From: a virus
Taxonomy: Duplodnaviria > Caudoviricetes
Direction: 5' to 3' (one strand)
Virus record (IMG/VR): IMGVR_UViG_3300005573_000248
Coordinates: 1 to 27,251 of that record
DNA: 27,251 nt
Shown here: piece by piece, positions 1-9,672 of the stretch
Numbering within the stretch: the first letter of the stretch is position 1
Layout: every line of letters starts with the position of its first letter
Notes under the pieces: model-generated
The model's database searches: none
Told to the model about the DNA's origin: nothing
Seen by the model: the letters and a program-made list of their open reading frames with translations, nothing else
Made by a program: the position numbers and the translations under genes

Positions 1-754
1 GTGCTAATTGATAGGTTGTATAAGCATTAAAAGTGCTTGTTAAATCATTATCCAAATAAGTAGTACTACCTGATGTTAAATTTGAATAACTATATACAGT
101 GCCTATTAAACCACCTCCACCACCAGTAGTTCCACTTGATGATCCATAAGCCGACACTGATCCAGTGGCATACACATTACCAGTTATAACTAAATTCCCA
201 TTTGAATCAACACTAATCGGTACTGAATTTGCGCCATTTTTTAGTGTTAAAGATGTTATTCCATCCAGTGTTGTTGATGTACCGCCTATCTTTATTGCCG
301 TTGAACCTATTGTGATTGGTGTATTTTGTAAATTATTTATTTGCCCTTGTGTTTTTTCAAAAGCACTTAAGATAGTATCGCTTGCGGTAATAGGAGTATT
401 TCCTCCAGCTGTATAACCGCTTAACGTTGAGCCTATTGCTCTTCCACCTGTAAAATACATATTAGATCCTTCTGGAACAACTGAAGTATTAAGTGTTTGC
501 CATGATTTGTCCCCTCTCCAATATTGTGCGGTTGAACCTGATGCAATTGCTGGTTCACCGCCTAAATCAGCCAATGTATTACCCATCGGTGTCCATGCAG
601 TACCATTCCAATATTTAAGTTTCTTTATACTTGAATTATAAATTAATTGACCTGCAATAGGTGAGCTGGGATCGGTTGCCAAATTTTGAATTACTGAGTT
701 TAATAATTGATTTTGGTTTAAATCTATATCAACCAAAAATGTTTTTTTTGCCAT
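1..754 (-). CDS. Tail fibre / tail spike protein, N-terminal part (runs off left edge; absent from ORF track)
   Basis: ATG at 754 opens an uninterrupted frame to the edge: MAKKTFLVDIDLNQNQLLNSVIQNLATDPSSPIAGQLIYNSS...GSTAQYWRGDKSWQTLNT...GNLVITGNVYATGSVSAYGSSSGTTGGGGG. G/S/T-rich and located at the end of the tail module. Confidence 0.8.
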   Translation of the reverse strand, partial: MAKKTFLVDIDLNQNQLLNSVIQNLATDPSSPIAGQLIYNSSIKKLKYWNGTAWTPMGNTLADLGGEPAIASGSTAQYWRGDKSWQTLNTSVVPEGSNMYFTGGRAIGSTLSGYTAGGNTPITASDTILSAFEKTQGQINNLQNTPITIGSTAIKIGGTSTTLDGITSLTLKNGANSVPISVDSNGNLVITGNVYATGSVSAYGSSSGTTGGGGGLIGTVYSYSNLTSGSTTYLDNDLTSTFNAYTTYQLA

Positions 755-783
755 AATTGTTTTATTTATTTATTTATTATATA

Positions 784-1077
784 TTAATTCAAATATGCTG
801 TTCCAGTAAATTGTGCTGAAAAAGATATTGTTAATGTATTTAAATCCATATATGTTATACTTCCTTCTACAACTGTATTTGCTGAATCAACTACAGATAC
901 AGAAGGATATTTATTTAGATTATGTAAAATAATCCATGTTGATGATGGTGTATTTTGTGTATATACAAAATTTTTATCATTTATTATTGTACTATTATTA
1001 GTATTAATATTATTACCATTATTAATAATAACATTATTATTTGATGAATTCGGTATGTCGTATTGTATAAAGTCCAT
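784..1077 (-). CDS. Small tail-associated structural protein
   Basis: Asn-rich N-terminus, then a beta-rich domain (TWIILHNLNKYPSVSVVDS...GTAYLN) of a type seen in phage tail-region genes; lies between the minor tail and fibre genes. Confidence 0.6.
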   Translation of the reverse strand: MDFIQYDIPNSSNNNVIINNGNNINTNNSTIINDKNFVYTQNTPSSTWIILHNLNKYPSVSVVDSANTVVEGSITYMDLNTLTISFSAQFTGTAYLN

Positions 1078-1123
1078 TTTATTATTTTATTTATATAATA
1101 TTTATATTATATTTATATTATAT

Positions 1124-3370
1124 TTATACCACATTTCTTATTGTCAATAAATTATTATCCATTTGATAATCAATTGCCATTTTTGTAATTATATAATTAT
1201 CACCAGGAAATAAATCATTCAATTTTAATAGCGAATAAGGTTTATATTTATTTTCAAGTGTTAAATTTATAATTTTTTGCGGAGATGAATATTGATTCAC
1301 ATAATTTTCAATAATATTGTATTCTTGTTTTTGTGAAACATGTAAACTATTATCAAATAGTGAATTACAATAAGTAAATGTATCTCCAGATGCTTGTATT
1401 ACACTTGAATAAGATATACCTTTATTTGTATCGGTTGCAACAGTTAAATTGATATTATTAAATATATTAACAAAATTATCATTAATTACATTAACATATT
1501 GCGTATCTGTTGTATTTACTTTATCTGTTTGAGATGTAACTATTTGAATAGAAAAATTCTTTAACCACACTGCTTCTACTCTATAAGCCGGAATAATGTT
1601 TTGAGGTGAATATAATGTAAATTTAATATCACCTACCAATCCATCTGTTACACTAATTGGTATTAATTGTCCTTTTGTATTAAAAAAATTAGAAGCATAA
1701 TCCGTATCTAATACATCAAAAAAATTATAATATAAATGAGTATTACTTCCTTTATCAAAAAATATTTTAAATGTAGAATTGTCAAATGTCCATTCTGTTC
1801 CATTCCAAAATTTATTACCAATTGATAATGATGCAGTTAGAAATAATGTTTGGCTTGTAAAATTAGTATCATCTTTTCGAGAAGTCCATTTATCATACAT
1901 AAACATTGGTGGATCAACAATTTGAGTATCTCCAAATTGATTTACATCACTCCAATAAGCACTACCATTTATAACTAAACCCATTTTAGACATTAAATAG
2001 CCAGACTCTGGTACTGCATTTAAATTAAGCGTTAAAACAGGCATAAGTGCATTTTGTGCACTAGTTGGATTTGCAGGTAAATGACTATGTAATAGAATAT
2101 ATTTTTCAAATGATAAAGTGGAAATAGCTGGAGGCGTTGAACCAACTGGATACTCATTCCAATTTACTGAAGGAGCATAATAATCTAATATAGTGGCTCC
2201 AATATATTTTTGTGTTGCTGTATAATCAACATTATCAATATTTTGTGTAGTCCAATTCAAATTATTATTATAATAATAGGAAGTATAATTTTCATGTTTA
2301 TAATATTTAAAAAAATAGTCATAACCTATTTTATCGCTATTTAAATAAGTAACAGGCAAACTATAAGCATTCCAATCTCCTTGATAATTAATTAATAAAT
2401 TATTATCAAAAAAATCAGGTAATAAATTCTTTTTTGAATTTAGCTTTGAAGTAATAACAATTTGATTGTATGTTGTATCAAGTTCTAAATTAGTATCTGA
2501 CTTTCTAAATGAATCTTTATCAATATATTGAATATCATAAAAACTAACTTGACTTGTTGTATAATTATTCCAATTGTCTGTGGTTGAATATAAAGTATAA
2601 TTTGATTTACCACTTTTTATATAGTTATAATTTAGAATATAAACCGAATCACCCCAGGCTACTATGGTATAATTAAGATATTCTAATATAGCCTTTAATA
2701 CATCAGCATAATATACAAATTGATTTGCCAAAATATATACATTATCATTATTAATATTTACTGAATTATCAATTATGGTTGAATTATTTGCAGTATAAAA
2801 ATTAGCTTCAGCTACATATAATTTTTCAATTACATTTGTAATTAAACTTGAATTTTGAAATGTACTAGGATCTTCAATAGAATAATTTTGGTTTACATAA
2901 ATATTTGAATAACAATTACATTTAGAAATACAATGTATAATTATATCTCTAAAAGATTTTACTTTTATATTATCACTATCAATTTGTGTATATATATAAT
3001 TTTTTAATGTTGATAATCCATCTATGGCTTCAATTGTTATTCTTTCATATTCATTTTTAAATGGTTGATTATAAGCATTGGGAGTTACATATCCAATCCA
3101 TTCTATTTCATTTGTATCTAAATTGCTTAATGTACATTTAACATCTTGAGCCTTGCTACTATATAAATCAGTTAATAAAACATCAGTAATAATTTCAATT
3201 GAAGCATTAGATAATTTAAATGGTTCATATATATTATTATCATTATTATATTCAACTCTAATTGGTGCTTCTGAAAATATTATTTCAGTAGTACCACTAG
3301 CACTTTGAGTATCAAATTCAATTTGATAATTTGTTCCGCTTATATTTTGAAATTGTCCTATATATGTCAT
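1124..3370 (-). CDS. Minor tail / tail-tip (hub-like) protein
   Basis: 748 aa directly after the tape measure gene; EWIGYVTP...ITIEAIDGLSTLK motif typical of Bacteroidota siphovirus tail-tip proteins. Confidence 0.65.
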   Translation of the reverse strand: MTYIGQFQNISGTNYQIEFDTQSASGTTEIIFSEAPIRVEYNNDNNIYEPFKLSNASIEIITDVLLTDLYSSKAQDVKCTLSNLDTNEIEWIGYVTPNAYNQPFKNEYERITIEAIDGLSTLKNYIYTQIDSDNIKVKSFRDIIIHCISKCNCYSNIYVNQNYSIEDPSTFQNSSLITNVIEKLYVAEANFYTANNSTIIDNSVNINNDNVYILANQFVYYADVLKAILEYLNYTIVAWGDSVYILNYNYIKSGKSNYTLYSTTDNWNNYTTSQVSFYDIQYIDKDSFRKSDTNLELDTTYNQIVITSKLNSKKNLLPDFFDNNLLINYQGDWNAYSLPVTYLNSDKIGYDYFFKYYKHENYTSYYYNNNLNWTTQNIDNVDYTATQKYIGATILDYYAPSVNWNEYPVGSTPPAISTLSFEKYILLHSHLPANPTSAQNALMPVLTLNLNAVPESGYLMSKMGLVINGSAYWSDVNQFGDTQIVDPPMFMYDKWTSRKDDTNFTSQTLFLTASLSIGNKFWNGTEWTFDNSTFKIFFDKGSNTHLYYNFFDVLDTDYASNFFNTKGQLIPISVTDGLVGDIKFTLYSPQNIIPAYRVEAVWLKNFSIQIVTSQTDKVNTTDTQYVNVINDNFVNIFNNINLTVATDTNKGISYSSVIQASGDTFTYCNSLFDNSLHVSQKQEYNIIENYVNQYSSPQKIINLTLENKYKPYSLLKLNDLFPGDNYIITKMAIDYQMDNNLLTIRNVV

Positions 3371-3406
3371 AATTATATTATATTAATTTATGTATGCTTT
3401 ATATAT

Positions 3407-3426
3407 ATGTATATATAACGTCAGAT
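3407..3426 (-). promoter_or_regulatory. Putative phage late promoter, copy 1 (ATCTGAC-gttatata-TACAT)
   Basis: Intergenic; ends about 37 nt upstream of the ATG at 3370; one of six identically spaced copies. Confidence 0.7.
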
Positions 3427-3431
3427 TTATA

Positions 3432-3472
3432 ATAAGAGAATAATATATGATTTATATATATTATCCTCTTAT
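3432..3472 (-). terminator. Hairpin after tape measure gene (possible terminator, weak U-tail)
   Basis: Minus strand ATAAGAGGATAATATAT...ATATATTATTCTCTTAT forms an inverted repeat with a G-U pair. Confidence 0.5.
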
Positions 3473-3492
3473 ATATATAGTTATATAATTTA

Positions 3493-6400
3493 CTATCTAG
3501 CTCTACTTTTTATATTATTATAATTATCTAATGTTGCCTTTAAATATTTTCCATCTATAACAAATTCTATTTTTTCGGGTTTATTGTTTATTGTTTTATT
3601 ATTATTATTATTTAACATATTAAATAACGTTCCTTGTTGATTAGTATTCAATATCATTTCACCAGAATTTACACGTGCAATCAATTGGTCTCCAGATGTT
3701 TGATTACCTCCAACAATACCACCATCTTGAAATTTTGGAATTTTTGAAAAAATTGCCATAGCTGCTGCTGCTGCTGATGCCATTAAAATTAAGTTAAGCG
3801 GAAATGGAAATTTAGAAGCGGACGCAATTGCTGTTGATGTTCCCTTTGCTTGTTCTGATCCTGCCTCTACTGCATTTGCAGTAACATTTGCATTTGTATT
3901 TGCAATATTAGTAGTAGTTGCTACAGTACTAGCCGTTGCAGAAGCAGCACTATTCTTTATTTGTTCTGCTGCTGATTCTTTATCTATTGCAGCTTCAACT
4001 TTTTTTGCAGCTGATAGAGCATTTGTTGCACTTGTTAACTCTTTAACCATTTTAACCATTGACATTATGTTGTCCAATGTGTTTGTAAAAGCGTCCCAGA
4101 GTGCCAAAAATTTTTGAAATTCATTTGTATGAATATCATTTATAACATTTTTAACATTATTAAATGATTCGTAAAGATTTTTTGCACCACCTGCAACATT
4201 TTTTATTCCTTCGTATAAGTTTTCATTCAACTGATTTTGCATATCTTTAATATCTTGCTTTACTTCTTCAATTTTAAGAGCTTTATCAAGACTATCAACT
4301 TCTTTCATTTTTTTGTTAAGATAATCAATTAGATCATCAGCCTTATGATGAAATTTTTCTTTTAATTCATCTAGTGTTCCATTTTCATCTGCTTTTCTAA
4401 TTTCTTCTTGAATATCTACATCTTTAAATTTACCACTTGCTGATTCAATATCTGATTTATCATTATCAATTTTATCTTGTATTTTTTCTGTATTAGTTTT
4501 TTTATAATCAAATGTGTGATCAATAGGGGTTTCTTTTATGCTTGAAATTGAATATTCAGTTTTCAATATATTATCTCTTTGTCCTTTTAATCTTTCCAAT
4601 GTTTCTTTTTGTTCATCCGTAAGTTTATCTAAACTTAACAAATTTTTTATTTGTGAATCTATTAAACTTAATGTACTATCATTTAATTCATATTGATTGA
4701 TAATACCATGTTCAAATTCTTTATTAAGTAAATTAATATTTTTATTAAACTCATCTGTATGTTGTGTATAATCGAAATTATCGCTTTGTTCTCTTAATTT
4801 CTTAAATAATTCATCATTTGCTAAATTAATATTTCCAGTACTTATTAAACTTTTTATAGTTTCTTCAGTTAATTCTTTCATTGAAGAGTTATATTCATCT
4901 TGTCTAATTATCCCTTTATCAAGCTGTTCCTTTAATTTTGCTGCTTCATCAGTATAAATTTCTTTTATATGATCCTCTGGATTTAGGGATTTTTTAATTC
5001 CTTGAAGGAATGGATCATGTTCTAATTTTTCTTTTGATTCAATAGCAGCCCCTTTTTTATAACTACTATCTCGTAATTCATAAGATAGTTTATTAAATTC
5101 TTGTTGAGTAATAACTTTATTTTCTAATTGATTTTTTAATTCTATTAATTTTTTATAATATTCTTCTTCTAACTTTTGTCTTTCAGATTTAGGTTTTTCA
5201 CTATTGCCATCACCACCTTCTAAATTAATTGGTTCTTTGGGTGTCAATTTATTGACATTTTTAGCAGCATCGTTAACCTTGAATTGTGCATCATTAATAA
5301 CTTGCATATCTGCATATACCGCACTTAAATCTTGGTCAATAGAACTGGGTACGTCAAGGAGAGTTTTTCCATTAAATGTTTTAACTAATTCAGTTTGAAA
5401 ATTTAGACTAAATCCTTCTTTTTTTCTTGTCTCTGCAAGATTTTTCATTGTATCACTACTTAAATGGTATTTAGCACCTATATCATTAATTTCAGCATTT
5501 TTTTGTACAATTCTATTAATATAAAAATCTTGCGTTGCTGTTGCTTCTAATAATTTAATTCTATCTGCAACTAATTGATTAATATCGCCTTCATATTTTT
5601 TTTCAATTCCCAATATTTCTAATATTTTTTTACGTGCTTCCTTTGTTTCATCTATTGTGCTTTTTTTATCATTCATTATTGACAATTCTGCTTTCAAAGT
5701 CAATATTTCACCACTATTATCAACATTATTTTTTATATTTTTTTCTTCCTTTAAATAATCAGAAAAAGTATTATTAATTTCTTTTTGTCTTTTATTCCAT
5801 TCAATCACATGACTGACTATTTCAACTATACCGCTGATAATCAACATAGGTAAAAAAGAAGACATCATTTCACGAATAGAATTTTTAACAGCAATAAAAG
5901 CTAATTTCATTTTTGTTGCTGCTTTTTCAGCTGCTGATGCCTGTTCGTTAAAAGATAAAATGGCAGCTTCTCCTTGTTCTTTATAATTTATTTTAGCTAA
6001 TCTTAATAATGAGTTATAGGATTCACGAAGTCTATTAATTCCTTTTGAAATTATTACGCTAATTATTACTGAAACTATAAAATTACCTACTTCTTGGATA
6101 TGTTCTTTAATAAAATTAACAACATTAGTTGCTCCATCAATTATACTTTTATAAAATTCCTCAAAATTTGAGCTTTTAGTCAATTCGTCAAAGGCATTTT
6201 GAAGTCTATTTATAGAGCCTTCTAGCGTATTAGTTTCAACTCCTTTATTAATTTCATTTAAATATTTTCCAACCTTCACTAAAACATCACTTGCTACTGC
6301 TTTTCCACTTTTTAACATTGTGGCAAATTGTGAGTTTGTCATTCCTAAGGCTTTGGCAAAAATATTAGTAGCTCCAGGTATTTGATTTATTAGTTTTTGA

Positions 6401-6888
6401 AAATTTCGACCCGAAATTGTACCCATCGTCATCATTTTTGTCAGGCTCTCAAATGTAGCATCCAACATTTCAGTGCTACCACCCATTTTTGTGACTTGAC
6501 TTGCAAAACCTGAAAATACAGTTTGTTGATCCTTCATGCTCATATTGCTTCCTTTGGCTGCCTGTGAAAAGCGTGCATACTTCATTGTTAAATCATTCAC
6601 AGAAAGACCGTATTTATTTGCAGTATCAATTAAAAATCGTTGACTTTCAACAAGTTCAGCACTAGTATTACTTACATTTTTAAGTACCTGATTTGCAGCT
6701 GATGATTCTTTTGTTACTTCTATCATTTTTTCAACTAGAGCACTAAATCCCAGTCCTATACCAAATATACTAGCCAACTCCATACCTTTCATTTTAATTT
6801 CATTAAAACTACTCAGCAATTTGTTTTTACCACTTTGAAATTTTTCTGTTAAAAGATTTACAGCAACTGCGAAACTTAAATTAGCCAT
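3493..6888 (-). CDS. Tape measure protein
   Basis: 1131 aa, helical/coiled-coil; N-terminal tape-measure domain (FLIDTANKYGL...LINQIPGA...FAKALGMT); C-terminal IPKFQDGGIVGG...GDQLIARVNSGEMILN motif. Confidence 0.92.
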   Translation of the reverse strand: MANLSFAVAVNLLTEKFQSGKNKLLSSFNEIKMKGMELASIFGIGLGFSALVEKMIEVTKESSAANQVLKNVSNTSAELVESQRFLIDTANKYGLSVNDLTMKYARFSQAAKGSNMSMKDQQTVFSGFASQVTKMGGSTEMLDATFESLTKMMTMGTISGRNFQKLINQIPGATNIFAKALGMTNSQFATMLKSGKAVASDVLVKVGKYLNEINKGVETNTLEGSINRLQNAFDELTKSSNFEEFYKSIIDGATNVVNFIKEHIQEVGNFIVSVIISVIISKGINRLRESYNSLLRLAKINYKEQGEAAILSFNEQASAAEKAATKMKLAFIAVKNSIREMMSSFLPMLIISGIVEIVSHVIEWNKRQKEINNTFSDYLKEEKNIKNNVDNSGEILTLKAELSIMNDKKSTIDETKEARKKILEILGIEKKYEGDINQLVADRIKLLEATATQDFYINRIVQKNAEINDIGAKYHLSSDTMKNLAETRKKEGFSLNFQTELVKTFNGKTLLDVPSSIDQDLSAVYADMQVINDAQFKVNDAAKNVNKLTPKEPINLEGGDGNSEKPKSERQKLEEEYYKKLIELKNQLENKVITQQEFNKLSYELRDSSYKKGAAIESKEKLEHDPFLQGIKKSLNPEDHIKEIYTDEAAKLKEQLDKGIIRQDEYNSSMKELTEETIKSLISTGNINLANDELFKKLREQSDNFDYTQHTDEFNKNINLLNKEFEHGIINQYELNDSTLSLIDSQIKNLLSLDKLTDEQKETLERLKGQRDNILKTEYSISSIKETPIDHTFDYKKTNTEKIQDKIDNDKSDIESASGKFKDVDIQEEIRKADENGTLDELKEKFHHKADDLIDYLNKKMKEVDSLDKALKIEEVKQDIKDMQNQLNENLYEGIKNVAGGAKNLYESFNNVKNVINDIHTNEFQKFLALWDAFTNTLDNIMSMVKMVKELTSATNALSAAKKVEAAIDKESAAEQIKNSAASATASTVATTTNIANTNANVTANAVEAGSEQAKGTSTAIASASKFPFPLNLILMASAAAAAMAIFSKIPKFQDGGIVGGNQTSGDQLIARVNSGEMILNTNQQGTLFNMLNNNNNKTINNKPEKIEFVIDGKYLKATLDNYNNIKSRAR

Positions 6889-6890
6889 AA

Positions 6891-7544
6891 TTATTGTATT
6901 TTATTATTTGTATTATTTATTCTATCTATTAATTCTTTGGAATTTTTCATTATTTCATTAAAATTATTTTTGATTTCTTCATCTGTTTTTTTAATTTCTT
7001 CACTTTCTTCTTCAAGTTCCCAAAAGAATGGATAAATTTTTTTTGGACTATCAAATTTTTTTGTATCAATATGCGGTAACATAGTTAAATACGCAAATAA
7101 TCTTTCTTCTTCTAATTCTTCTTTTCTTTTTTTATTATATGCATCAATATAAAGATGTAATTCTTCAATTTTTAATTCATTCATAACATAATTAACATCC
7201 ATTTTTAAATATACAACTAAATAAGATGCTATATCTTTTATATATATAATTTCTTTATTTTCTTCATTTTTATTATCTTTAATTTCATTTACATTGGTTA
7301 CAAATTGATTTGTATATGATAATAATTTTAAAAATTTATCAGTTATTTCTTTGGATAATTTATCACCATTTTTCATTATATCATAAAATTCTTCATATAA
7401 CATTATTATATCGTTATTACTTACAACAATACAATATAATAAATTCATAACATCATCTACATCATTATAATCAATATTATTGTAACTTTTTTTAGTTAAC
7501 AATTCATATTTTATCATGCTTTTTATATTTAATTTTATATTCAT
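6891..7544 (-). CDS. Tail assembly chaperone (single ORF)
   Basis: Lies between major tail and tape measure genes; acidic and helical, with a C-terminal PHID...PFFWE motif. Confidence 0.7.
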   Translation of the reverse strand: MNIKLNIKSMIKYELLTKKSYNNIDYNDVDDVMNLLYCIVVSNNDIIMLYEEFYDIMKNGDKLSKEITDKFLKLLSYTNQFVTNVNEIKDNKNEENKEIIYIKDIASYLVVYLKMDVNYVMNELKIEELHLYIDAYNKKRKEELEEERLFAYLTMLPHIDTKKFDSPKKIYPFFWELEEESEEIKKTDEEIKNNFNEIMKNSKELIDRINNTNNKIQ

Positions 7545-7593
7545 AGTATATAAATTTATATTTTTATTTTTTAATTTCTATTATATATTATAT

Positions 7594-7613
7594 ATGTACT
7601 TTTTATGTCAGAT
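7594..7613 (-). promoter_or_regulatory. Putative phage late promoter, copy 2 (ATCTGAC-ataaaaag-TACAT)
   Basis: Intergenic; about 50 nt upstream of the ATG at 7544 and just downstream of a terminator. Confidence 0.7.
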
Positions 7614-7622
7614 GAAATATAT

Positions 7623-7661
7623 AAAAAAAAAGATTGATATAAATCAATATATCAACCTTTT
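7623..7661 (-). terminator. Rho-independent terminator after major tail gene
   Basis: Minus strand AAAAGGTTGATATA-ttgatt-TATATCAATC followed by T9. Confidence 0.8.
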
Positions 7662-7688
7662 CTATTTTAAATGTTATTATTTTTATTA

Positions 7689-8126
7689 TTAAGTGGTAAC
7701 TTGTACAAGTTCTCCACTACCTTGTAGGCTAATAGAACATGTAACTATTTGATTATCTTCAGCCTTCAATGATAAACTCGTTATGTTAGCAGTTCCTGAA
7801 TATAAACCTTTTGTCATTGAAAATGCGGTTGAATCCGTAGTTGTTCCAACCACAAAATTAAGTGATTGTCCAGCTAACATAATACCTAACAATGTATTAT
7901 AAGATGTATCACCGCTTGCTGGAGTGTACAAAAAGTCTGATGATATAGTATAAGAAAGCATACCACCAATGCTTGCTTTGAATCGACCGCTCATTTTATT
8001 TGTGGTGTCAATTTCAGCCCCAGTTACTGTTAAATCAAGAGTCTTTGCAAAGGCAATAGGTTCATTATTAACATATAACATTAAACTATTACCTAAAATT
8101 AAATCTGTATTTACGTTGTATCCCAT
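7689..8126 (-). CDS. Major tail protein (TP901-1 family-like)
   Basis: ILGNSLMLYVN...EIDTTNKMSG...YSGTANITSLS...CSISLQGSGEL; position in tail module. Confidence 0.88.
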   Translation of the reverse strand: MGYNVNTDLILGNSLMLYVNNEPIAFAKTLDLTVTGAEIDTTNKMSGRFKASIGGMLSYTISSDFLYTPASGDTSYNTLLGIMLAGQSLNFVVGTTTDSTAFSMTKGLYSGTANITSLSLKAEDNQIVTCSISLQGSGELVQVTT

Positions 8127-8169
8127 TTTTCTATTATTTTAATTGTTTTATTATTTATTATATTTATTT

Positions 8170-8565
8170 TTATATTACTTCAAATAATAATATTTGAATA
8201 TATTTTTTATCTTGATAGTCTTCTGTACTATCTTTTAATAAGCATTTATACATATAATTATCTGTATTATAATGTGTTCCTTCTATAATTTTATTTACTA
8301 ATTCTGTTATTTGAATTGACCTATCGTAGTCTTCACTTACAATAGCAAAAAATATTTTACATGCTTCTAAAGTTATTATATCACCTGCATATTCCTTTGA
8401 ATATTGATCTCTATAATATATTATAAAATCTCCATTTGTTTCCTCGGGTGCTATGACTGGAAATATATTTGTTCCAACCAATGATGCTAATTCTTCATTT
8501 TGTAACAATAAATTTCTTATATCGGTTGTAATAGAAAACTTTGAGAATCCATTTATAATTGTCAT
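8170..8565 (-). CDS. Tail terminator / completion protein (DUF3168-like)
   Basis: IRNLLLQNEELASLVGTNIFPVIAPE motif; located before the major tail gene. Confidence 0.8.
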   Translation of the reverse strand: MTIINGFSKFSITTDIRNLLLQNEELASLVGTNIFPVIAPEETNGDFIIYYRDQYSKEYAGDIITLEACKIFFAIVSEDYDRSIQITELVNKIIEGTHYNTDNYMYKCLLKDSTEDYQDKKYIQILLFEVI

Positions 8566-8570
8566 AATTA

Positions 8571-9005
8571 TTATCTATTAAGTATTCTTGTTATTGCTCT
8601 TTCAATTCCTGTAAATATATTTTCGATTGCTTCATTTTTATTGTTTTCTATTGAATCAGTCCAGAATCTATTACCTTCTACCTTGCCTCTATTGTATCCT
8701 TTTTTGGTTGTTCTTTCTTGTGTTCCTCTATCAACTAAGTGTGCATGTGAACCTTTTGAGTTAAATCCAGCCAAGACTCCTAACTTTTGGTGCTTTAATT
8801 TATTTCTAAATGATCTTAATAAATTTCCTGTTACACCGCTTCTATTTTTCATTCTTTCTTTCAAATTAGCACGTCCTTTTCGTATAAATAAAGCCCCAGC
8901 GTACCTTAAACCAGTTTGAACTGCTTTGTCTTTTTGAAAACTATTTAAATTTTCAATTGAACGATATACTCTTTCTAAATCAATAATGCTAATTTGTAAT
9001 TCCAT
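8571..9005 (-). CDS. HK97 gp10-like tail completion protein
   Basis: TGNLLRS...HAHLVDRGT...RFW motifs. Start moved to ATG 9005 (MELQISII), just past the upstream stop at 9007. Confidence 0.85.
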   Translation of the reverse strand: MELQISIIDLERVYRSIENLNSFQKDKAVQTGLRYAGALFIRKGRANLKERMKNRSGVTGNLLRSFRNKLKHQKLGVLAGFNSKGSHAHLVDRGTQERTTKKGYNRGKVEGNRFWTDSIENNKNEAIENIFTGIERAITRILNR

Positions 9006-9006
9006 T

Positions 9007-9327
9007 TTATGTATTAATTTTTTGAATCGTAATTGAAATAGTATTATCAAATTTATTGTTTTCAGATGATATGATTCTATATTCGGTGTTATTATAATTA
9101 ACTATTAAATTATCATTAAATAATTTATTATATCGTATTTTAAATTCTAAATAATTTTCGTGAAATATTTCCTTTGCTTCAACTTTGAAACCTCCCTTTT
9201 CACTTATTTTTGCTGCTTTACAATTAAATATATTATTTTTTACTTTTGTAATTGCACCAGAAGAACTTTGTTGTGATACAATTTCAAAAAAATTCAAATA
9301 ATATTTCATTGTTCCAATTGTTAACAT
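9007..9327 (-). CDS. Head closure / head-tail adaptor (SPP1 gp16-like)
   Basis: GTMKYYLNF...FKIRY...IVNYNNTEYRIIS; gene order. Confidence 0.8.
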   Translation of the reverse strand: MLTIGTMKYYLNFFEIVSQQSSSGAITKVKNNIFNCKAAKISEKGGFKVEAKEIFHENYLEFKIRYNKLFNDNLIVNYNNTEYRIISSENNKFDNTISITIQKINT

Positions 9328-9332
9328 ATAAT

Positions 9333-9644
9333 TTAATTATTATAGTTTTTATAAAAATCTACCAAATATTCAAAATTGTATGGTATTGCTAATGTTTTAG
9401 TTGAAAAACTTACCACTTCACGATTATTGTACAAATTACCAACCATTAACAACATTGCCTGCATTAAAGGTTTAGGTAACACACCTTTATTATCAGCAAT
9501 TATATCATCTAAATTAGAATTAACATGAAGTTCTACAACTTCCTCAGCAACATCACCCAGTTGATTTAGAAAATCATCCTCATCAACAAAATTTTGATCA
9601 ATATTAAGTTGATCTTTTATTTGCTTTAGTGTCAAATATTTCAT
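9333..9644 (-). CDS. Head-tail connector (HK97 gp6-like)
   Basis: LTLKQIKDQLNID...EDDFL...QAMLLMVGNLYNNRE signature. Confidence 0.92.
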   Translation of the reverse strand: MKYLTLKQIKDQLNIDQNFVDEDDFLNQLGDVAEEVVELHVNSNLDDIIADNKGVLPKPLMQAMLLMVGNLYNNREVVSFSTKTLAIPYNFEYLVDFYKNYNN

Positions 9645-9672
9645 GTTAATTCTAATATTAATATATTTATTA

